From Geosiphon pyriformis uo1 (lineage: Eukaryota > Fungi > Glomeromycota): DNA of 26,641 bases. Position numbers and translations under genes: made by a program. Shown here piece by piece: positions 1 to 9,265 of this stretch (position 1 is its first letter; every line of letters begins with the position of its first letter). Location of the stretch: positions 1 through 26,641 of the forward strand of contig JAAOMT010000757.1 of the NCBI GenBank assembly GCA_016748015.1. Direction: 5' to 3'. Under the pieces are notes generated by a model that saw only the letters and a program-made list of their open reading frames with translations, searched no databases and was not told the origin of the DNA.

Positions 1-274
1 GATTCTCTTGGAGTACGGGGGGGAGGGCAGGGGGGGGGGGGCGCCCCCCCCGTCTGGGACGGGGGGGAGTGCCTACTCCCCCCCTCCGGGGGGGAGATCT
101 CCCCGACCGGAGAGGGGGCTTCGCCCCCTCTCCTCACCCCCCCCGCCCCCCCCGCCTTGCGGTGGGGGGGGGCGGGGGGGAGTGCTACTCCCCCCCCGCA
201 CTTCGTGCTACTCTCCCCACCCGCCCCCCCTTTGGGGGGGCAGGGGGGAGAGATCTCTCTGAGTAGCGGGGGGG

Positions 275-327
275 AGATTGGAGGGAGCTTCGCTCCCTCC
301 ATACACACTCCCTACGGGAGTGTGATC
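275..327 (+). repeat. Double-hairpin element family E, variant 1
   Basis: AGATT-GGAGGGAGC-TTC-GCTCCCTCC-ATA-CACACTCCC-TAC-GGGAGTGTG-ATC. Other copies lie near 4462, 10330, 14271, 19823, 24568, 25558 and 25963. Confidence 0.95.
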
Positions 328-996
328 CCCCCCCCCTCCCCCGCCCGCACCCCCCGTACGTAGTGTGCGGGGGGAGGACGGGACGGGGGGGGGAGGAGAC
401 GGGGAGTAGGGGGGGGGGGCGGGGNNNNNNNNNNNNNNNNNNNNGGGGGGGGGGGGAGCGTGCCTCCGGCCGCACTACGTCACCCCTCCCCACCCTACGG
501 GGGGAGTGCTCTCCCCACCCCGCCTACTCCTCCCCCGCTTCGCGTGGGGCTAAGAGGGGGGCTTTGCCCCCATATATCTCCCCCGCATAGCGGGGGAGTA
601 TCGCCCGTCTGACGGGGGGGGAGTGCTAGGGTGGAGTGCTAAGAGTGGGGGGGGGCGAAGCCACCCCGTCCTCCCCCCTCCTACTCCCTCAAAGTCCACA
701 GGGCTCTCCCCCCCCCCTCCGGGGGGGGGATTGTCCCCCCCCCGTCGTAGACGGGGGGGAGGACTGGAGGGGGGGGGAACCTTGGGGGGGGGAGTGCTCC
801 TTTTGGGGGGGCGCCGCCCCCCCTCGGCTCGCCCCCCGCCTACGGCGGGGGAGTGCTCGCCCCCCCCCGCCAGGATTCCCCGGGGGGAGTGCTGGCCCCC
901 CCCGTCTGGGACGGGGGGGAGTGCCTGGGGGGGGGGGGGGAAGCGAGCATATGCGCGCCTCTCTGCGGGGGCGGTGGGGGGACTCCGCCCACCCAG

Positions 997-1082
997 CAAA
1001 CCAAAACCGGTATTCGAGTACGATCTAGAGGGCCCTCATAGATAGCTCCAGGAAAAAAGGCATGGCAAAGAGGTAAGTAACT
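997..1082 (+). rRNA. rnl: LSU rRNA module L9 (about E. coli 1607-1692)
   Basis: CAAACCAAAACCGGT..TCGAGTA...GGCAAA...GTAAC is collinear with CAAACCGACACAGGTGGTCAGGTA...GGCAAAATGGTGCCGTAAC. Confidence 0.65.
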
Positions 1083-1126
1083 GCTACGGCTTGCAAGGAG
1101 AGGGGCTTTGCCACCTCTCCTATCGG

Positions 1127-1177
1127 AGATTGTAGGGAGCTTCGCTCCCTACTACACTCTCCCTACGGGAGAGTGAT
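1127..1177 (+). repeat. Double-hairpin element family E, variant 2
   Basis: AGATT-GTAGGGAGC-TTC-GCTCCCTAC-TA-CACTCTCCC-TAC-GGGAGAGTG-AT. Other copies lie near 8339, 10681, 16700 and 26530. Confidence 0.95.
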
Positions 1178-1349
1178 TGGTGGGGGGAGCTTCGCTCCCC
1201 CCCCCATACACACTCCCTACGGGAGTGTGATCCCCCCCCCCTCCTCCCCCCCCCACCCAGCACCTTTGGACTCTCCCCCCCCCTCCGGGGGGGGGATTGT
1301 CCCCCCCCCGTCGTAGACGGGGGGGGGGACTGGGGGGAGGGGCGGGGGG

Positions 1350-1410
1350 GGAGTAACGGGCGGTTGCTGTCTTGCGCGCAATGGGCGCCTACTCGGTCGC
1401 GAAAAGCCAG
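1350..1410 (+). rRNA. rnl: Possible LSU module L10 (about E. coli 1975-2020)
   Basis: GGAGTAACG-N7-GCTGTCT...ACTCGGT..GAAA resembles GGCGTAACG-N7/8-GCTGTCT...ACTCGGTGAAA. Confidence 0.4.
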
Positions 1411-2485
1411 CGCTCCCCACCCTAGTCCCCGACGGGGGGGGCGAACTCCCCCCGCGCCCCTTTCCCCCCCCGCACTGGGGGGGGAGGGCGGGGGGAGTAC
1501 TGGGGGGGGGGCTTCGCCCCCCCTCTCCTCGCCCCCCCCGCACTTCGTGCCCGCCTTCGTGCGGCACTTCGTGCGGCACTTCGTTCGCCCTTAATCCAGT
1601 CCCGGGCTCTCCCCCCCCCCCCGGGGGGGGGGATTGTCCCCCCCCCGTCGTAGCCGGGGGGGAGGACTGGAGGGGGGGGGGGGAGGGACTTCGCCCCCCC
1701 GCACGGAGTGCGGGGGGAGTGCTCGCCCTCCTGGAGGGACTTCGCCCCCCCCGCCTACGGTCCCTCCTCCCCCCAGCCCTGTGGACTGGGGGGGGAGCGG
1801 GGGGGAGTGCTCGATGGGGGGGGGCGAAGCCCCCCACCCATTCTTCGCCCCCCCGCACTCAGTGCGGGGGGAGTGCTCGCCCTCCTGGAGGGACTTCGCC
1901 CCCCCCGCCTACTCCTCCCCCCTACTGCGGGGGGCTATGGGGGGGCCCCGCCCCCCCTATGGGGGGGCTTCGCCCCCCTACTCCCGGTTTGGGAGAGAGT
2001 AAGAGGGGGGGCTTTGCCCCCCCTCTATCTCCCCCGCATAGCGGGGGAGTATCGCCCCCCCCGTCGTAGACGGGGGGGAGTGCTACTCTCTCCCCCCCCC
2101 TTTGGGGGGGCCAGTCCCGGGCTGNNNNNNNNNNNNNNNNNNNNGAGGGTATGGGACGGGGGGGGGGGTGTCGAGGGGGGGGGGTAGGCCTCCGGCCCCC
2201 CCACTCCCGGAGGAGATACCTCCGGCCGGTCCCTAAGCCCTCCCCCCCCCGCCTCTCCTCCCCAACCCTGCCCGGGGGGCGGCCTGCCACCCCCCTCCCC
2301 CCCCCTGCCCGCAGGGTGGTGGGGAGTTCGCCCCCCCGCAGGCGGGTGGGGAGTGCTCCGGGCAGGGGGGGAGTTCGCCCCCCCGTCGGGGACGGGTGCC
2401 CTCCGGGTGCCCTCCGGGCACGGAGTGCTGTGCTGGCGGGGGGGGCCCTGCTGGGGGGGAGCAGACGGGGGCGGAGCCAACCCGT

Positions 2486-2519
<34 letters not shown>

Positions 2520-2539
2520 NNNNNNNNNNNNNNNNNNNN

Positions 2540-2560
2540 TGCGTGCGTGCGTGCGTGCGT
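2540..2560. repeat. (TGCG)n microsatellite at a contig edge
   Basis: TGCG x5 directly after an N gap. Confidence 0.9.
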
Positions 2561-2601
2561 AGCGTGGCCCGGGGGGGGCATATTTGTGGCGAAGCCCCGG
2601 G

Positions 2602-2700
2602 GCTGGATGCGGTACCAATCTGGATTGGAGTAGACGTACAATGGTATACCATACCTTACTGGAAGACTGACAGGTCAACCAGCCATTCACTAGAGCAAAG
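2602..2700 (+). rRNA. rnl: LSU rRNA module L1 (5' domain I start), divergent
   Basis: GCTGGATGCGGTACCAATCTG...GACGTACAAT...AACCAGCCATT resembles GGTGGATGCCCTGGCAGTCAG...GACGTGCTAAT...AACCGGCGATT. Confidence 0.55.
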
Positions 2701-2999
2701 GGGCCCTCGGCCTCCGGCACACTCCCCCCGCCAGGGCCCCCCCACCCCTCCTCGCCCCCCGCACTGGGGGGAGGGGGGGGGGGCTCCGCCCCCCCTCCCC
2801 GCCCCCCCCGCCCCCCCCGCCTTGCGGTGGGGGGGGGCGGGGGGGAGTGCCCGTCCCAGCTTCCCCCACCTGCCCTCCGGGCAGGGGGGCCGCCCCCCCC
2901 CGTGCAATTATTGTTGTCGTAGGGGCTTCGCCCCTACTTCTTCTATTTAGTGGGACGGGGGGGAGTGGCCTCCCCCCTGCCCTCCTCCCCCCCCCCTCC

Positions 3000-3073
3000 A
3001 GCCCTGTGGACTCTCCCCCCCCCTCCGGGGGGGGGATTGTCCCCCCCCCGTCGTAGACGGGGGGGAGGACTGG
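3000..3073 (+). repeat. Double-hairpin element family A (representative copy; about 25 or more copies)
   Basis: Core is CTCTCn-TCCG-Gn-ATTGT-Cn-GTC-GTA-GAC-Gn-AGGACTGG. Copies lie near 705, 1270, 1605, 3010, 3690, 5270, 6762, 9780, 10185, 10598, 11680, 12281, 13093, 13292, 14430, 15349, 16100, 17086, 18270, 20215, 21667, 24068, 24274 and 25196, with a reversed copy near 20375-20440. Confidence 0.95.
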
Positions 3074-3349
3074 AGAGGGCGGGCAGGGGGGCGAGCCTCG
3101 CTCCCCCCGCACTTCGTGCGGGGGGGTGCTCTCCCCCCCGCAAGGCGGGGGGGGCGAACTCCCCCCGCGCCCCTTTCCCCCCCCGCACTGGGGGGGGAGG
3201 GCGGGGGGAGGAGGTCGGGGGGGGCGAGTACGCCCCTGCCCGGGGGGCAGGGTGTCGAGCGCAGCCGCCCCCCCCGGGGGGCGGGGGGGGCATTGGTCTG
3301 GGGGGGCTACGGGGGGGGGGGGCGGGGGGGAGGGGGCTCCTAGCCCCCG

Positions 3350-3407
3350 GGGAACCCCCCGTGGACTCGTCGGCAGGCCACGGCCACTGCTGACCCCTGA
3401 CGTCCGG
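3350..3407 (+). rRNA. rnl: Duplicate of the 5' start of module L11 at a contig end
   Basis: Identical to about 5833-5890 and stops at an N gap, so it is probably an unmerged contig overlap. Confidence 0.5.
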
Positions 3408-3811
3408 NNNNNNNNNNNNNNNNNNNNGGGGGGGGGGGGGGGGGGGGGTGCTCCTCCCCCCCCTGCCCCCCGGGTCCCCACCTTCCCCCCCCGCACTGCG
3501 ATTCTCTTGGAGTACGGGGGGGGGGCAGGGGGGGAGGGGGGAGTGCCCTCCCCCGGCAGATGCTCCCCCCCTCGCCCTGCTCGCCCAAATCAAGTCCTCG
3601 GGCTGTAAGGGGGGGGGAAGGGGGGGGGGCGGGGGGAGGGTCCCGTCTCCCCACCCTGCCCTCCTCCCCCCCCCTCCAGCCCTGTGGACTCTCCCCCCCC
3701 CTCCGGGGGGGGGATTGTCCCCCCCCCGTCTGACGGGGGGGAGGACTGGAGAGGGCGGGCAGGGGGGCTCTCCCCTTTGCAAGGAGAGGGGCTTTGCCAC
3801 CTCTCCTATCT

Positions 3812-3870
3812 GAGTAAGAAGAGAGGCTTTGCCCTCTTCTATCTCCCCCGCAAGGCGGGGGAGTACTCTC
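3812..3870 (+). repeat. Hairpin repeat family D
   Basis: GAGTAAGAAGAGAGGC-TTT-GCCCTCTTCT-ATCTCCCCCGC-AAG-GCGGGGGAGTACTC. Other copies lie near 4547, 12970, 16448, 16602, 22948, 23382, 26278 and 26432. Confidence 0.9.
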
Positions 3871-4775
3871 TCCCCCCGGGATTAAGACTCCCTCCGTAGT
3901 GAGGGAGTAGGGGGGCGGAGCCCCCCATTTGGCCCCCCCCCCGTGCAATTCTGTTGTCGTAGGGGCTTCGCCCCTACTTCTTCTATCAAGTGGGACGGGG
4001 GGGGGTGAGTCGGAGGCCGGCCATAGGCCTGCCTCCCGCCCCCCCCGCCTCCCCCTCCCCCCTGCCCTCCGGGTCCCCCCCCCCCACCCGCACTGAGATT
4101 CTCTTGGAGTACGGGGGGGAGGGCAGGGGGGGGGGGCGCCCCCCCCGTCTGGGACGGGGGGGAGTGCCTACTCCCCCCCTCCGGGGGGGAGATCTCCCCG
4201 ACCGGAGAGGGGGCTTCGCCCCCTCTCCTCACCCCCCCCGCCCCCCCCGCCTTGCGGTGGGGGGGGGCGGGGGGGAGTGCTACTCCCCCCCCGCACTTCG
4301 TGCTACTCTCCCCACCCGCCCCCCCTTTGGGGGGGCAGGGGGGAGAGATCTCTCTGAGTAGCGGGGGGGAGATCTCCCCGACCGGAGAGGGGGCTTCGCC
4401 CCCTCTCCTCACCCCCCCCCGCAAGGCGGGGGGGAGTGCTACTCCCCCCCTCCGGGGGGGGAGATTGGAGGGAGCTTCGCTCCCTCCATACACACTCCCT
4501 ACGGGAGTGTGATCCCCCCCCCTACTCCCTGTGGAGATACTTGAGAGAGTAAGAAGAGAGGCTTTGCCCTCTTCTATCTCCCCCGCAAGGCGGGGGAGTA
4601 CTCTCTCCCCCCCCCCCTTTGGGGGGGGGGCAGGGGGGAGAGAGATCGGGGGGGAGTGCTCGGGGACGGGTGGAGTAGGGGGGGGGTGCGTAGGGGGAGG
4701 GGTATTCGACCCCTCCAACCGGTGATCCACTCCGGGATCCCTCGCCACCCCCCGGGAGGGGGGGCATAGGGCCCC

Positions 4776-5135
4776 AAGCACTATCAGACTAGAGTACCTG
4801 TTTGGGGAGAGGGAACTCTGGAAGTAGAGATAGAATCCTCTGACCTCTAGAAGACCCCTTATGCAAATGCTCTCTCCTCAGCAGCTTGATTGTCCAGTAC
4901 TGACGCTCAGATGCTAAGGTGTGGGGAGCAAATAGGATTAGATACCCTAGTAGTCCACACTGTAAACCATGGAGGCTCCAGGACCCAATCATAGGTGACT
5001 GGATGTGAAGGCTAAAGCTTCCCGCCTGGGGAGTATAGAGGCAACTCAGAAACCCAAATGTCTAGACGGCCCTAGAGATCAGCAGTGAAGCATGTTGTTT
5101 AAATCGATACCCCACGAATCACCTTACCACCTCTA
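4776..5135 (+). rRNA. rns: SSU rRNA module S5 (central domain, about E. coli 637-990); may extend to about 5220
   Basis: ACTGACGCTCAG, GGGGAGCAAATAGGATTAGATACCCTAGTAGTCCACACTGTAAAC, CCGCCTGGGGAGTA, AAACCCAAATGTCTAGACGG, GCAGTGAAGCATGTTGTTTAAATCGAT and ACCTTACC occur in the expected order. Confidence 0.97.
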
Positions 5136-5654
5136 GAGCTATCCATACAGATCCCTGTAGCGTTTGCGAGCTGAGCAAAGGGTTGTAGTGCTAGAGTAGG
5201 GAGCGCTCTCAGCAACTCCCCCGTGCGGACCCCACTCCACCTCCCGCCCTCCCTCCAAGTCCTCGGGGCTCTCCCCCCCCCTCCGGGTGGGTGGGATTGT
5301 CCCCCCCCCGTCTGACGGGTGGGGAGGACTGGAGGGGGGGGTGGAGGGGGACAGAGGGGGGTGTGTCCTGCGAGGAGGGGGGCCTCCGGCCCCCCGACTC
5401 CTCGGGGGGGGGGGGCTTCGCCCCCCACCCGAGCACTCCCCCCCGCCTTGCGGGGGGGGCTCCTCCCCCCGCGCCCCTTTCCCCCCCCGCACTGGGGGGG
5501 GAGGGCGGGGGGAGGAGTCGAGGGGGGGGCTTCGCCCCCACCCTTGTGGGGCTTCGCCCCACTCCTCGCCCCCCGGGGAATCCTGGCGGGGGAGTGCTCC
5601 TCGCCCCCCCGCCTACTCCCTCCCCCCGCTGCGCGGTGGGGAGGAGCCCCCCCC

Positions 5655-5700
5655 GTGCAATTCTTGTTGTCGTAGGGGCTTCGCCCCTACTTCTTCTATT
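5655..5700 (+). terminator. Terminator-like repeat family C (hairpin followed by a pyrimidine tract)
   Basis: GTGCAATTCTTGTTGTC-GTAGGGGC-TTC-GCCCCTAC-TTCTTCTAT. Copies lie near 2903, 3943, 5655, 8795, 15446, 15992, 22018 and 25703, with a reversed copy near 20930-20972. The function is inferred only. Confidence 0.4.
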
Positions 5701-5854
5701 AAGGAGTAAGGAGGTCTCCTATCTCCCCCGCAAGGCGGGGTGAGTAAGGAGGTCTCCTATCTCCCCCGCCGCAGGCGGGGGAGTAAGGTCTCCTATCTCC
5801 CCCGCAAGGCGNNNNNNNNNNNNNNNNNNNNGGGGAACCCCCCGTGGACTCGTC

Positions 5855-6017
5855 GGCAGGCCACGGCCACTGCTGACCCCTGACGTCCGGCCCCATATGC
5901 CTAGATAGGTGGGGCATAGTGACCCGATGGTATCATAAGGGGTGGTAGCCATCGATAAACGGATCATAGCTACTCAAGGGATAACAGGCTAATCCTCTAT
6001 GAGAGTTCACATTGACT

Positions 6018-6048
<31 letters not shown>

Positions 6049-6315
6049 CTATCCTAGAGCTGTAGATGGTTCTAAGGGTTCGGCTGTTCGCCGAGTAATA
6101 GGGTACGTGAGCTGGGTTAAGTACGACGCGAGTCAGTACGGCTTCTATCTACCGGGTAATAGCAAACTGGAGAGCTACCTGTTGTACGCAAGGATCCAGG
6201 TAGGGTGGCCAATGGGGCTCCAGCTGCCATTGTGAGGGACCCTATGGCACTACTGGAATGCTAAGCCACTTGACGAGAACCCTTGAAGGCATCTCAAAGG
6301 GGAAACAGACTCTAA
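5855..6315 (+). rRNA. rnl: LSU rRNA module L11 (peptidyl-transferase 3' half, A-loop and sarcin-ricin loop, about E. coli 2330-2770)
   Basis: CATAGTGACCCG, GGGATAACAGGCTAAT, GAGAGTTCACATTGAC, GTTTGGCACCTCGATGTCGGCTCATC, AAGGGTTCGGCTGTTCGCCG, GTGAGCTGGGTT, SRL GTACGCAAGGA and TGAAGGCATCT occur in order. Confidence 0.98.
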
Positions 6316-6665
6316 ACTGCTACTGACGGATAGCAATCACCCGAGGGGGGGGGGCTTCGCCCCCCCCTCTCCTCGCGCCCCCCGCACTTCGTGCGGGTGG
6401 GGGTGCTCCCTCCCTCCCCCGCTCGCGGGGTGGGGGAGGAGCCCCCCCCGCCTACGGCGGGCGCCCTACGGGCGGGAGTGCTAGAGGACGTGGCCCCCCC
6501 CCGGGACTCCGCCGGGGGCCGGGGGCCCCCCTCCGCCCAGCGCTCCCCACCCGTCCCCGACGGGGGGGGCGAACTCCCCCCGCGCCCCTTTCCCCCCCCG
6601 CACTGGGGGGGGAGGGCGGGGGGAGTACTGGGGGGGGCTTCGCCCCCCTCTCCTCGCCCCCCCCC

Positions 6666-6745
6666 GCACTTCGTGCCCCCGCACTTCGTGCCCCCGCACT
6701 TCGTGCCCGCCTTCGTGCGGCACTTCGTGCGGCACTTCGTTCGCC
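6666..6745 (+). repeat. Short tandem GCACTTCGTGC mini-hairpins (12-15 bp period)
   Basis: The same motif cluster also occurs at about 1540-1585 and 24002-24050. Confidence 0.85.
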
Positions 6746-6869
6746 CTTAATCCAGTCCCGGGCTCTCCCCCCCCCTCCGGGGGGGGGATTGTCCCCCCCC
6801 CGTCGTAGACGGGGGGGAGGACTTGGAGGGGGGGGGGGGGGGGGGGGGGNNNNNNNNNNNNNNNNNNNN

Positions 6870-6965
6870 GGGCGAAAGCCTGATCCAGCCAACTAGGGGA
6901 GTTTGTAGACTCTACTCTCCAGCTCATGACAGTTAGTAAGATCTATGACCTACTAGATCTATTGG
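6870..6965 (+). rRNA. rns: SSU rRNA module S3 (about E. coli 376 onward; 5' part lost in N gap)
   Basis: GGGCGAAAGCCTGATCCAGCCA is the conserved h15 motif. GCCAACTAGGG pairs with S1 CCCTAGTGGC to form h4. Confidence 0.85.
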
Positions 6966-7133
6966 GCTTCTCTCCCCCCGAGCCCGGAGGGCAGGGGGCT
7001 CGCCCCCCCCGTCGGGGACTACTCCCCCCCCTCCCCCCCTCCCCCCCTCACCTAGTACGCCCTCCCCACCTAGTACGCAGTGCGGGGGGTCGGGGGGCTG
7101 CGTGGTGGTGGGAGGGGGGTAGATCTCCCGTTA

Positions 7134-7515
7134 CTCTATGGGGGGGGGCGAAGCCCCCCCCATTCTTCGCCCCCCCGCACTCAGTGCGGGGGGAGTGCTC
7201 TATGGGGGGGGCGAAGCCCCCCCCATTCTTCGCCCCCCCGCACTCAGTGCGGGGGGAGTGCTCTATGGGGGGGGCGAAGCCCCCCCCATTCTTCGCCCCC
7301 CCGCACTCAGTGCGGGGGGAGTGCTCTATGGGGGGGGCGAAGCCCCCCCCATTCTTCGCCCCCCCGCACTCAGTGCGGGGGGAGTGCTCTATGGGGGGGG
7401 CGAAGCCCCCCCCATTCTTCGCCCCCCCGCACTCAGTGCGGGGGGAGTGCTCTATGGGGGGGGCGAAGCCCCCCCCATTCTTCGCCCCCCCGCACTCAGT
7501 GCGGGGGGAGTGCTC
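7134..7515 (+). repeat. Tandem array, 63-bp unit x6
   Basis: The unit CTCTATG-Gn-CGAAG-Cn-ATTCTTCG-Cn-GCACTCAGTGCG-Gn-AGTG starts at 7134, 7198, 7261, 7324, 7387 and 7450. Each unit is itself a double hairpin. Confidence 0.95.
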
Positions 7516-7926
7516 GCCCTCCACCCCCCCCCCGCCGGTGGTGGGGGGGGGGGGGGGGGGGGGCTTCGCCCCCCCCCCCCCCCCCCCCCCCCNNNNNNNN
7601 NNNNNNNNNNNNGCCTCGCTCCCCCCGCACTTCGTGCGGGGGGGTGCTCTCCCCCCCGCAAGGCGGGGGGGGCGAACTCCCCCCGCGCCCCTTTCCCCCC
7701 CCGCACTGCGATTCTCCCTCCCCCGCACGAAGTGCGGGGGGGGAGATCTCCCCACCCGTCCTCCCCCCGCCCGGAGGACGGGGGGTGCGGGCGGAGGGGG
7801 GGAGTACGGGGGGGGAGGGCGGGGGGAGGAGGTCGGGGGGGGCGAGTCCGCCCCCTGCAACCGGGGGGCAGGGTGTCGAGCGCAGCCGCCCCCCCCGGGG
7901 GGCGGGGGGGAAAGAGAGGGGGAAGG

Positions 7927-8020
7927 AAAGCAATGAGGATGATGATGATGAAACTCTTTGGGGGGGTCATGGGTACCTTAATAACTGAGGGGGGACAAAC
8001 CCCGGTTGGGTCCCCCCCAG
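7927..8020 (+). rRNA. rnl: Possible LSU module L8 (about E. coli 1250-1355)
   Basis: TGAGGATGATGA..ATGAAAC resembles TGAGAATGCTGACATGAGTAAC. CATGGGTACCT resembles CAAGGGTTCCT. GGTTGGGTCCCCCC resembles GGGTGAGTCGACCCC. Confidence 0.4.
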
Positions 8021-8435
8021 TTGGTACCATGGGTACTCCCCCCCTCCGGGGGGGAGATCTCCCCCCTCCGGGTCTCCCCCCCCCCGCACTGCGATTCGGA
8101 GAGGGGCGAAGCCCCTCTCCCCTTTGCAAGGAGAGGGGCTTTGCCCCTCTCCTATCTCCCCCGCAAGGCGGGGGAGTACTCTCCCCCCCCTCCCCCCCCG
8201 CCGGGGTGGGGGGTGGGGGGGGAGAGATCTCTCTCCCTAGAGAGTAAGGAGAGGGGCTTTGCCCCTCTCCATCTCCCCCGCAAGGCGGGGGAGTACTCCC
8301 CCCCCTCCCCCCCCGCCGGGGTGGGGGGTGGGGGGGGGAGATTGTAGGGAGCTTCGCTCCCTACTACACTCTCCCTACGGGAGAGTGATCCCCCCGTCTC
8401 GACGGGGAGTAGGGGNNNNNNNNNNNNNNNNNNNN

Positions 8436-8655
8436 TGGCTGTCTCCAGTGTGTCCCTTAAGGAGCCAGGTTGATTCCACCAACACACGAAACCCTTTACG
8501 GTATGAGTACTGCTTTGAGGCGCTGCTAGCGCAGGGGGCGCCAAAAGGCCAAGTCATAAAGCTACCCCCCGCAGGGCGGGGGGGGATGGGGCACAAGGAT
8601 CATGATACTCGCCCATCCGGTTATGGGATGCTACTCTAGATCCTGGCAATGCTCC
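8436..8655 (+). rRNA. rns: SSU rRNA module S6 (3' major domain, about E. coli 1056-1345), divergent
   Basis: TGGCTGTCTCCAG...GGTTGATTCCACCAACACACGAAACCCTT aligns with TGGCTGTCGTCAG...GGTTAAGTCCCGCAACGAGCGCAACCCTT. It is followed by CAAGTCAT and TCCGGTTATGGGATGCTACTC, resembling TCCGGATTGGAGTCTGCAACTC. Confidence 0.8.
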
Positions 8656-9213
8656 CTGCTCCCCCCCCCCCCCACCCCCCCCCCCCCCCCCGCCCCCCGG
8701 GGGGGCTTCGCCCCCCCCTCGCTCTAGGGCCCCAGGGCCACTAGAGCGCTCTCCCCTCCCCCCTGCCCGCAGGGCAGGGGGGGGCGCCCCCCCCGTGCAA
8801 TTCTTGTTGTCGTAGGGGCTTCGCCCCTACTTCTTCTATTAAGGAGTAAGGAGGTCTCCTATCTCCCCCGCAAGGCGGGGTGAGTAAGGAGGTCTCCTAT
8901 CTCCCCCGCCGCAGGCGGGGGAGTAAGGTCTCCTATCTCCCCCGCAAGGCGGGGGAGTAAGTGGGACGGGGGGGAGTGCTCGGGCAGGGGGGGGAGCTGG
9001 CGGGGGGGGCCCTGGCAGGGTGGGCTCGCCCCCCCCCGCACTGGGGGGAGGGGGGGGGGCTCCGCCCCCCCCCCCCGCCCCCCCCCCCCCCCCCGCCGGG
9101 GTGGTGGGGAGGGGGGAGAGATCTCCCCCACCTAGTTCCCCCCCCCTCCAGCCCTGTGGACTCTCCCCCCCCCTCCGGTGGGGGGATTGTCCCNNNNNNN
9201 NNNNNNNNNNNNN

Positions 9214-9265
9214 CAACCCAGGCCAGGCCACAAACGAGATCATACCGTGTTCACAAGGAATAAGG
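9214..9265 (+). rRNA. rnl: Second, 5'-truncated copy of LSU module L3 at a contig edge
   Basis: Identical to 14583-14634, and the downstream repeat context is also shared for about 150 bp more. Confidence 0.55.

Noticed and set aside
2604-2696. cob/petD-like peptide WYTIPYWKTDRSTSHSL
   Set aside because: The PEWY motif is not intact and there is no gene context. The LSU 5'-end alignment is more parsimonious, but a tblastn/cmsearch comparison would settle it.
8438-8655. cob-like reading with TGA=Trp (FTVWVLLWGAASAGGA...DATLD versus FLGYVLPWGQMSFWGA...NATLN)
   Set aside because: The same bases align better and over a longer span to the SSU 3' major domain, and the peptide lacks the hydrophobicity of cytochrome b.
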